Virus record (IMG/VR): IMGVR_UViG_3300006039_000001
Strand: one strand, 5' to 3'
Source of the DNA: a virus
Length of the DNA: 40,646 bases
The position numbers were made by a program, and so were the translations under genes. The notes under the pieces were generated by a model, which was given only the letters and a program-made list of their open reading frames with translations, was not told where the DNA came from and searched no databases. Position 1 is the first letter of the stretch. Every line of letters starts with the position of its first letter. This document shows, piece by piece, positions 25,618 to 32,484 of the stretch.

Positions 25618-25809
25618 ATGAACTTTGAACACATCAAGTCAGAAATCGCCCGGATTGATGCGGCAGGGAAGATCCCGGCGCTGGCATCCGAAACCGGGCT
25701 CAGCCCCACAGGCTTGCGCAAGATCGCGTCTGGCTTCACGGTCAGTCCGCGTCTGTGCACTCTTGAGGCCATCAACCGCGCTATCAAGCGCAAGGAGTTT
25801 CGAGCATGA
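25618..25809 (+). CDS. Cro-like HTH regulator, first rightward early gene
   Basis: 63 aa. IPALASETGLSPTGLRKIASG is a helix-turn-helix. The ATG lies ~7 nt after the putative -10 with no SD, so the mRNA may be leaderless. Confidence 0.6.
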   Translation: MNFEHIKSEIARIDAAGKIPALASETGLSPTGLRKIASGFTVSPRLCTLEAINRAIKRKEFRA

Positions 25810-25913
25810 GACGCTTTCTATGCATCTTCATCATCCCGCTGATGGCGATTTCCGTGATTGGCATGTATGCCGACGATGCGGTCGACTGGCTGTTTGCCCG
25901 AGTGGATGCCTGA
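25806..25913 (+). CDS. Tiny membrane protein (35 aa)
   Basis: ATGA overlap. MRRFLCIFIIPLMAISVIGMYADDAVDWLFARVDA. Confidence 0.4.
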   Translation: MRRFLCIFIIPLMAISVIGMYADDAVDWLFARVDA

Positions 25914-26039
25914 ATGAGCCTCGTCGCCTACATCGTACTGGGCCTTGGCCTCGCTGCTGTGATCGGCCTGCTGTATGCCGCTGCCTTTTGGCAAAAGGTC
26001 GAGAACGTCAACCCTGATGAGCCCGAGTGGCTCAAGTGA
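25914..26039 (+). CDS. Tiny membrane protein (41 aa)
   Basis: ATG immediately after the upstream TGA. MSLVAYIVLGLGLAAVIGLLYAAAFWQKVENVNPDEPEWLK. Confidence 0.4.
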   Translation: MSLVAYIVLGLGLAAVIGLLYAAAFWQKVENVNPDEPEWLK

Positions 26040-26051
26040 CCAATGGTTTCC

Positions 26052-26151
26052 AGCCCGAGCGCTTCCCCCACCAGCGCGGCCACGGCCTTGAGCCGGCTGC
26101 ACCTCCTCCCTGCGCGGTTGATTTGCGCTGGTGAGGCGCTCGGGCTTTTTT
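26052..26151 (+). terminator. Long composite hairpin plus U-tract (candidate early terminator/regulatory RNA)
   Basis: AGCCCGAGCGC (26052-62) pairs with GCGCTCGGGCT (26136-46). CACCAGCGC (26069-77) pairs with GCGCTGGTG (26125-33). TTTTTT follows at 26146-51. Confidence 0.55.
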
Positions 26152-26264
26152 ATTCCTGGCATTCATGCCAGAATGTCCACAGACCAGCCTAGGGGGCACC
26201 CGAAAAGCCGATTCATCACCGGCCTGGCTTGCGTCTCTTTTAGTGATGCCCAAGATGAGGGTTT

Positions 26265-26480
26265 ATGCTGAACTGCATTAAAAACACCGCCTTCGATACA
26301 GCCAATTATGTGTCTGTCATCGACTGGAAAGCTTCTGTAGCATCGGTCGAGTTGGGCCGTGCTGCCAGTGCTCGCCGTGAGCGCGCCATGGCCTCCGAAG
26401 ACCTGAATGTGCGCCTTGCTGCAACTGGGTTCATTCCCGGAATGACTGGCGCCCAACAGAACCAAGGGCCGCGCAAATGA
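26265..26480 (+). CDS. Hypothetical protein
   Basis: 71 aa. GAGGG lies 4 nt before the ATG. ATGA overlap with the next gene. Confidence 0.5.
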   Translation: MLNCIKNTAFDTANYVSVIDWKASVASVELGRAASARRERAMASEDLNVRLAATGFIPGMTGAQQNQGPRK

Positions 26481-26986
26481 AGAAGCCCCGCAAAGCCTAC
26501 AAGCCCAAGGGCATGAACCGCGATCCCATGAATGCCGCGCGGACCATGCAGGCACTGATGACCACCGGGCAGTTGAAGCTCATCGTGGTCCCGATGAAGG
26601 ATGCCTGCAAGGTACTTGGCACAACCTTCGACATCGACGACTGGCGCAACTTGGCCGACGCATCAAACGTCGCGCACGAGTTGAAGGGCATGGGTATCGC
26701 CTCAGGCCCACAAGCCGACGAGGTGTTCTCAGCCTTTCACGATGCTCTGGTGGCGCTGCACGAGCGTCATGGCGAGCGCGGCACCTGGACGCCTCGCGCG
26801 TCCGAGTTGCAGGCCGTGCGCGACGGGGTGTGGCTGCACGAGTTCCAGCTCAAGCACTGCTCCATGCTGGAGTTCCAGAACGCCTGGCAGGCGGTGGTCC
26901 GCAAGTCGCGCGATGCGCATATCAAGGGCCACGCGGCTGACGTTGTGAAAGTGCGCGCCGCAGCGCGAGAGGCGGTTGCAGCATGA
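26477..26986 (+). CDS. Hypothetical protein
   Basis: 169-aa ORF, coupled to its neighbours. Confidence 0.55.
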   Translation: MKKPRKAYKPKGMNRDPMNAARTMQALMTTGQLKLIVVPMKDACKVLGTTFDIDDWRNLADASNVAHELKGMGIASGPQADEVFSAFHDALVALHERHGERGTWTPRASELQAVRDGVWLHEFQLKHCSMLEFQNAWQAVVRKSRDAHIKGHAADVVKVRAAAREAVAA

Positions 26987-28380
26987 GCGCCGTCCTTGAC
27001 TATGGGCGCTTCATTGGCAGCAAGCTATCCACGGTTCCGTCCACCGGGATAGCCGGCGCCGTTGTGTTGCCGGAGTCGCTTTTTCCACATCAAGCGATGC
27101 TCACCAAGTGGGCACTCAAGCGGGGCCGGGCCGCGATCTTCGCCGACACGGGCCTGGGCAAGATGCGCATGGAGTTGGCATGGGCTGACGCGGTGCACAG
27201 ACACACCGGCAAGCCGATCATGGTGCACACGCCGCTGGCCGTGGCCCAACAGATCGCAGCAGAAGCCCGAAAGATCGGCATTGTTGCCAAGGTCTGCCGC
27301 GAAGCCTCCGACTTGATCGACGGCATCAACATCACGAACTATGACCGACGCCACAAGTTCGACACCAGCATCTTCGCTGGCGTGGTGCTGGACGAAAGCG
27401 GGTGCATCAAGCATCACGATACCCGCACATTCCACGACCTGACGGCGGCATACCGGGACACGCCTTTCAAGTTGCCATCGAGCGCAACGCCTGCGCCCAA
27501 CGATTGGGCCGAGCTTGGCACGCACGCCGAGTTCCTGGGTGTTTGCACGCGCCAGGAAATGCTGGCCGAATTCTTCACGCACGATGGCGGCGACACCAGT
27601 GTTTGGCGGCTCAAGGGCCATGCCCGGCACATCTTCTGGCGCTGGGTGGCCACCTGGGGCGCCATGATCCGCAAGCCATCAGACCTCGGGTTTGATGATG
27701 GCGCCTACAGCCTGCCGCCGCTGCACCTGCACGAGCACCAGGTGGATTACGAGCTGCCTTTGAATGGCATGCTGTTCGCTGCTGAGGCTCAGACCTTGAG
27801 CGAGCGCCGCGCGGCACGCAAGGCATCCATGGAAGACCGTGTGGCGTCATGCGCCGAGATGGTCAAGGGTGAGCCTGGTGAGCCGTGGGTGGTGTGGTGC
27901 GACCTCAACGCCGAAGGCGATGCCCTCACCAAGGCCATCCCGGGCGCCGTGCAGATTTCGGGAGCCGACGACACCGACACCAAAGAGCGCATCTTGGCCG
28001 ACTTTGCCGAAGGCCGCGCCCGCGTGCTGGTCAGCAAGCCGTCAATCTGCGGATGGGGTCTCAACTGGCAGCACTCCGCCCGCATGGCATTCGTGGGCGT
28101 CACCGACAGCTACGAGGCGTTCTATCAGGCCGTCCGGCGTGAGTGGCGTTTCGGCCAGACCCGTGACGTGCACGTCCACATCTTCGCCAGCAAGGCAGAG
28201 GGCGCCATCGTGGCCAACCTCAAGCGCAAAGAGCGCGAGGCGGGGCAAATGGCCGAGGCCTTGAGCGCCGAAACCCGTGATGCCGTCATGGCTGAAGTCG
28301 TCGGCCTGGTCCGCGAAACCAACAACCACAACGCCGCGCAGCCCGTCGCTGTGCCTTCATTTCTTCGGAGCGCCGCATGA
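26983..28380 (+). CDS. Superfamily-2 (SNF2/DEAD-like) helicase
   Basis: FADTGLGKM (Walker A/motif I), VVLDESGCIK (DExx motif II) and a C-terminal helicase domain …WGLNWQHSARMAFVG…QAVRREWRFGQ (motif VI). Confidence 0.82.
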   Translation: MSAVLDYGRFIGSKLSTVPSTGIAGAVVLPESLFPHQAMLTKWALKRGRAAIFADTGLGKMRMELAWADAVHRHTGKPIMVHTPLAVAQQIAAEARKIGIVAKVCREASDLIDGINITNYDRRHKFDTSIFAGVVLDESGCIKHHDTRTFHDLTAAYRDTPFKLPSSATPAPNDWAELGTHAEFLGVCTRQEMLAEFFTHDGGDTSVWRLKGHARHIFWRWVATWGAMIRKPSDLGFDDGAYSLPPLHLHEHQVDYELPLNGMLFAAEAQTLSERRAARKASMEDRVASCAEMVKGEPGEPWVVWCDLNAEGDALTKAIPGAVQISGADDTDTKERILADFAEGRARVLVSKPSICGWGLNWQHSARMAFVGVTDSYEAFYQAVRREWRFGQTRDVHVHIFASKAEGAIVANLKRKEREAGQMAEALSAETRDAVMAEVVGLVRETNNHNAAQPVAVPSFLRSAA

Positions 28381-28784
28381 ACAAGCGAGAGCGCATTGGC
28401 AAGGAAAACCCGCTGTTCAAGAGCGGAAAAACGCATGACGCCAATGGCTACGTGTGGCTTTCATCCAAAGCCCACGGCGCCGACTACCGGAAGCGCGAGC
28501 ACCGGGCCGTGATGGAGCGCGTTCTTGGTCGGCCACTTGGCCCCAATGAAGTCGTGCACCACAAGAACGAGGACAAGGCTGACAACGATCCGGCGAACCT
28601 TGAAGTTCTTACCCGCGCTGATCACGCCCGCGAGCACCACGCCAAAGGGCGCGCCTTGATCTGCATCGGGTGCAACAGGGCCAAGTGGTACAGCCCAGCA
28701 AACATCGCTCGGATCAAAACCGAAGCCTACAAATGCCGCCCATGCAGGTATGGGCGCGACTGGAACAACGGAGCCAAGAAATGA
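28377..28784 (+). CDS. HNH homing-type endonuclease
   Basis: EHRAVMERVLGRPLGPNEVVHHKNEDKADNDPANLEVLTRADHAREH is the HNH_3 pattern. ATGA overlaps with both the helicase and the methyltransferase. Confidence 0.88.
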   Translation: MNKRERIGKENPLFKSGKTHDANGYVWLSSKAHGADYRKREHRAVMERVLGRPLGPNEVVHHKNEDKADNDPANLEVLTRADHAREHHAKGRALICIGCNRAKWYSPANIARIKTEAYKCRPCRYGRDWNNGAKK

Positions 28785-29665
28785 ACTGCATCGACCAAGT
28801 GATTACTGATCAATACGCGCTTTATCACGGGGATGCCGTGGAAGTCCTGCGCGGCCTGCCAGATGCCAGCATCGGCTACAGCATCTTCTCGCCGCCGTTT
28901 GCCAGCCTTTACACCTACTCCAACAGCCCCCGCGATATGGGTAATGTCCGCAACGATGACGAGTTCTTTGCGCACTTCGACTACTTGATCGCCGAGCTGC
29001 GCCGCGTGATGATGCCTGGCCGCAACGTGTCGTTTCACTGCATGGACATGCCCGCCAGCAAAGAGCGGGACGGCTATATCGGCTTGAAAGACTTCCCCGG
29101 CGATCTGCTGCGCGCGTTCCAGAAACACGGCTTCATCTTCCACAGCAAGGCCACGATCTGGAAAGATCCCGTCACGGCCATGACCCGCACCAAGGCGCTG
29201 GGCTTGCTGCACAAGAGCATCCGTGAGCGCTCGGAAATGTGCCGCATGGGCATCCCCGACTACCTCATCACGGTGCGGGCGCCTGGTGAGTCGCCGCACG
29301 TCACCCACACCAGCGAAGAATTCCCTGTTGACCTTTGGCAGCAGGTGGCCAGTCCGGTGTGGATGGACATCAATCCGTCCGACACCCTGCAATACCAGTC
29401 AGCCCGCGAGCACGACGACGAGCGCCACATCTGCCCGCTGCAGCTCCCCGTCATCGAGCGCGGGATCATGCTGTGGACCAACCCGGGCGACACGGTTCTC
29501 TCTCCCTTCATGGGTATCGGGTCGGAGGGCTACAAGGCCATCCAGATGGGGCGCAAGTTCGTCGGGGCTGAACTCAAGGCCAGCTACTACGGCCAGGCCG
29601 TCAAGAACATTGCCGGGGCCATAGCCACGAAGACCAGCGATCTCTTTGCAGAGGTGGCAGCTTGA
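28781..29665 (+). CDS. DNA N6-adenine/N4-cytosine methyltransferase (beta-class, PF01555-like)
   Basis: IFSPPFASLYTYS (motif IV S/DPPF/Y) precedes VLSPFMGIGSEGYKAIQMGRKFVGAELK (motif I FxGxG). Confidence 0.88.
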   Translation: MNCIDQVITDQYALYHGDAVEVLRGLPDASIGYSIFSPPFASLYTYSNSPRDMGNVRNDDEFFAHFDYLIAELRRVMMPGRNVSFHCMDMPASKERDGYIGLKDFPGDLLRAFQKHGFIFHSKATIWKDPVTAMTRTKALGLLHKSIRERSEMCRMGIPDYLITVRAPGESPHVTHTSEEFPVDLWQQVASPVWMDINPSDTLQYQSAREHDDERHICPLQLPVIERGIMLWTNPGDTVLSPFMGIGSEGYKAIQMGRKFVGAELKASYYGQAVKNIAGAIATKTSDLFAEVAA

Positions 29666-30072
29666 GCATCTTCACCCGCAAACCTGACTTCATCATCGGC
29701 GACGACTACCTGCGCCGCTGGTGGCTGATCCCGCGCAATCGATTCTTCAACGTCTATCTCCATTGCATTCGCAAGGATGACGACGACCGCGCGCTGCATG
29801 ACCACCCATGGTGGAACGTGTCGATCCTGCTCAAGGGCTCCTACCGCGAGCACATGCCGCACGGCTCCCGCGTTCTGAGCGCAGGCAGCATCCGCGCGCG
29901 TGGCGCCCTGGCTGCGCATCGCCTGGAGGTCGTCAGCGGACCGGTGTGGACCATCTTTATTACCGGCCCACGCATCCGTGAATGGGGCTTCCATTGCCCG
30001 CAGGGTTGGCGCCATTGGCAGGACTTCACGAACCAGGCTGATCGCGGCCAGGTTGGAAGGGGTTGCGAGTGA
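29662..30072 (+). CDS. Cupin-like protein with an HDHPW motif, unknown function
   Basis: 136 aa. YLRRWWLIPRN…ALHDHPWWNVSILLKGSYRE…AHRLE fits an HxH…E…H cupin-like pattern. Confidence 0.5.
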   Translation: MSIFTRKPDFIIGDDYLRRWWLIPRNRFFNVYLHCIRKDDDDRALHDHPWWNVSILLKGSYREHMPHGSRVLSAGSIRARGALAAHRLEVVSGPVWTIFITGPRIREWGFHCPQGWRHWQDFTNQADRGQVGRGCE

Positions 30073-31079
30073 GCGACACGCCAGCACCCTACCCAGCCAG
30101 CACCCAGTCAAAGGGCTGGCGGTTTGAGGTCAACACGGAGCAGGTGAAGAAATCCGAGACGTGGCTGCGCGCGCGCACGGGGTATGTCCGGGCGCACCTG
30201 CTGCTTCTGTGGACTGAGGCGTGGGAGCAGTCGCCGTGCGGCTCCTTGCCTGCTGACGACGAGTTGATCGCTCTGATGTTGGGCATGGAGTCTGGCGACT
30301 TCGCGGCCAATCGGGCGGTGCTCATGCGCGGCTGGTGGCTCGCTGCTGATGGGCGCCTCTATCACGACATCATCGTCGCCCGGGTTCTGGACATGATCGA
30401 GAAGCGCATGAGCAACGCCGAGCGTGCGCGTAGGTCACGCGAAACAAAGGCGCAGTCACATGGTGCTAACGCATCAGTCACGCGTGACGCACAAGTGACT
30501 GATGAGCACGCGCCCCGTGAGTTCGACACCAAGAACCAAGAACCAAGAACCAGTAATACAACACCTGACGGTGTTGTAGGCGCCGCAAGCGCCGCAGCCC
30601 CCGGCAAGCCGGCGGCCAACAAGCGTGGCAAGCGACTTCCTGACGAGTGGACTTTGCCAAAGGCCTGGGGTGACTGGTCATTGTCCGAGTACCTGCACTG
30701 GACGCCGGAGATTGTGCGATTCGAGGCCGCGAAGTTTGCTGACCACTGGCGAGCCAAGGCTGGCAAGGATGCGGCAAAGACCGACTGGCCCGCCACCTGG
30801 CGCAACTGGTGCCGCAGCGAGATTTGCCAGCGTGCACACCCGCCGCCTGGCCAAGGCACCGAAGGCAACTACGCCCGCCAGATGCGCGAGCGAGTCGAGG
30901 AAGCAGCCGGGTCTTTGGCCCACGTCATCGCAGCAAAGGCGCCCGGATCACCGAGGACGCCAACACCATGGGAAGTAGCAATTGAAAACAATTCACGAAC
31001 CACTGCCATCGGAATGGATCGACCAGGTGTTCTCGAAGCTGACGGTCAGGTACGGCCGCGACTTTCTGAGCCGGTATGA
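30069..31079 (+). CDS. Replication initiator-like protein (DUF1376-like N-terminus, DnaT-like C-terminal domain)
   Basis: N-terminus …AHLLLLWTEAWEQSPCGSLPADDELIALMLG…. C-terminal domain RLPDEWTLPKAWGDW…FADHWRAKAGKDAAKTDWPATWRNWCR. GTG 30069 in a GTGA overlap. The linker coding region carries a repeat array. Confidence 0.6.
   Translation: MSDTPAPYPASTQSKGWRFEVNTEQVKKSETWLRARTGYVRAHLLLLWTEAWEQSPCGSLPADDELIALMLGMESGDFAANRAVLMRGWWLAADGRLYHDIIVARVLDMIEKRMSNAERARRSRETKAQSHGANASVTRDAQVTDEHAPREFDTKNQEPRTSNTTPDGVVGAASAAAPGKPAANKRGKRLPDEWTLPKAWGDWSLSEYLHWTPEIVRFEAAKFADHWRAKAGKDAAKTDWPATWRNWCRSEICQRAHPPPGQGTEGNYARQMRERVEEAAGSLAHVIAAKAPGSPRTPTPWEVAIENNSRTTAIGMDRPGVLEADGQVRPRLSEPV
30434..30575. repeat. 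Iteron-like GTCAC/GTGAC array, (CAAGAAC)x3 and an AT-rich dyad; candidate replication origin inside the initiator gene
   Basis: GTCAC at 30434, 30455 and 30477. GTGAC at 30484 and 30495, and GTGAG at 30517. Palindrome GTCACGCGTGAC at 30477-88. ATCAGTCAC (30473-81) is inverted at 30495-503. Three tandem CAAGAAC at 30530-50. ACAACAC-n6-GTGTTGT at 30558-77. Confidence 0.4.
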
Positions 31080-31449
31080 GGGTCAGGACCTGAACGTGGT
31101 CAAGGCTGACTGGGCCGAGGAAATGGCGGGCCTTCAAAACCGCCCCGAGGCCATCCAGTACGCGCTTGACCACCCGACAGCCAAGCCGCCCAACGTGGTC
31201 GAGTTCATCGAAGCATGCCGCCGCGCGCCCACCAAGGCCCTGTTTGCCATCGCCCCACCCACGGCCAACCCGGATGTGATTCAGCGGGCCATGCGCAAGG
31301 CGCAGGAAGCGTTCAGGCACAAGGGCGACGTGCTGGACCCCATCCGCACGCTGCGCCGCCGTGAGCGCGAAGGCGACAAGAGCCTGACCCAGTTTCAGCG
31401 GGATTTCTGGCGCCGCGCACTCAAGGGCGAGATGGGCGGGCAACGATGA
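30982..31449 (+). CDS. Hypothetical replication-module protein
   Basis: 155 aa with a TTG start (no in-frame ATG near the 5' end; a stop lies 2 codons upstream). Overlaps the initiator 3' end by 98 nt. Confidence 0.45.
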   Translation: MKTIHEPLPSEWIDQVFSKLTVRYGRDFLSRYEGQDLNVVKADWAEEMAGLQNRPEAIQYALDHPTAKPPNVVEFIEACRRAPTKALFAIAPPTANPDVIQRAMRKAQEAFRHKGDVLDPIRTLRRREREGDKSLTQFQRDFWRRALKGEMGGQR

Positions 31450-31967
31450 AGGCCGCCATCAAAACGCTGGATGACCTGCTGGCCCGATGCGTTGAGATTG
31501 GCGACTGCATGGAGTGGACCGGCAGCCGCCAGCCTACCGGCACCCCATCGTGCAAGTTTGGCCGCCAAATGACCAACGCCGGCCGCGTGGCTTACACCAT
31601 GCACCACGGGTTGGAATTGAGCGCCATCAAAGGGCTTGCTGTGTGGGCTGGTTGCAAGAATCAACTCTGCATCGCTCCGAAGCATTTGAAGATCGGAACC
31701 AGGCCACAGATGCTGGTCTGGCGTGGCATTGAGGGATTGTGCAAGCGCTCGCCGGCCACCAAGGCACGGGACGTTGCCAGCAGGCATGCCCGCGGCGTTC
31801 GCTTCACGCCTGATGAAATCAAGGCGATCCGAATCGCGGAAACGAGCCACATCGATGAGGCCGAGAAGCACAACGTGCACAAATCGACCATCGCCTACAT
31901 CCGCAGTGGCCGCCTCTACCGAGACACCGTGAAGGGCGCCAGCATTTTCACCATGGGGGCCGCATGA
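31446..31967 (+). CDS. HNH-like zinc-binding nuclease-fold protein with a C-terminal HTH-like region
   Basis: CMEWTGSRQPTGTPSCKF…VAYTMHHG…GCKNQLCIAPKHLKIGT follows the C.eW.G…H…C.N..C..P.HL pattern of HNH-family phage proteins. Confidence 0.55.
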   Translation: MKAAIKTLDDLLARCVEIGDCMEWTGSRQPTGTPSCKFGRQMTNAGRVAYTMHHGLELSAIKGLAVWAGCKNQLCIAPKHLKIGTRPQMLVWRGIEGLCKRSPATKARDVASRHARGVRFTPDEIKAIRIAETSHIDEAEKHNVHKSTIAYIRSGRLYRDTVKGASIFTMGAA

Positions 31968-32158
31968 CCCGCCAATTTGTCAACTGCCCAGGCTCCGAGG
32001 CCCACGCCGCACGCCTTGAGCACATCAAGACCTTGGGCACCATAGGCGCTGGCCGCCAGTACCTGAACCAGGTCCGTGCAGAGCATGGTGATTTCTGGGC
32101 CAGATACTTGGAAGACGATTTCACGCAATGGCTCAAGGCCAGGAAGGCGGTCGCGTGA
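31964..32158 (+). CDS. Hypothetical small protein
   Basis: 64 aa, ATGA-coupled. Confidence 0.5.
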   Translation: MTRQFVNCPGSEAHAARLEHIKTLGTIGAGRQYLNQVRAEHGDFWARYLEDDFTQWLKARKAVA

Positions 32159-32484
32159 GCAACATCGATCCCAACAAAGCCGTTGAGTTCCTGATCACGA
32201 ACGCCGCGAAGTTTGCCCACGCCAAGGCCGCTCGCGTATACCTGGAGGAATTCCGCAAGTCGAAGAAAGCTTTGCTGATGTCGCAGAGCGCCGAGCGCGC
32301 CGCCAACGCCCGCGAACAGTTCGCCTACGCGCATCCCGAGTACCAGCAGCTGCTTTGCGATCTGCGCACGGCCATTGAGGTTGAAGAAGAGTTGCGCTGG
32401 CAACAGGTGGCCGCCCAGTTGCGCGTGGAAGTTTGGCGCAGCCAGGAGGCCACCAATCGCGGCCAGGAGAGGGCGACACGATGA
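32155..32484 (+). CDS. Hypothetical helical protein
   Basis: GTG 32155 in a GTGA overlap. 109 aa. Confidence 0.5.
   Translation: MSNIDPNKAVEFLITNAAKFAHAKAARVYLEEFRKSKKALLMSQSAERAANAREQFAYAHPEYQQLLCDLRTAIEVEEELRWQQVAAQLRVEVWRSQEATNRGQERATR

Noticed and set aside
25625-26017. 130-aa plus-strand ORF overlapping the cro-like gene.
   Set aside because: It is out of frame with the HTH-containing 63-aa gene, and its translation is Arg/Ser/Pro-rich. The region is better explained by the cro-like gene plus two ATGA/TGAATG-coupled tiny membrane ORFs.
30530-30550. (CAAGAAC)x3 tandem heptamer, considered as a microsatellite, phase-variation switch or CRISPR-like repeat.
   Set aside because: There are only three copies and no spacers, and the repeat lies in frame within a linker (KNQEPRT). 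It is better treated as part of the candidate ori array. There is no evidence of phase variation from a single sequence.
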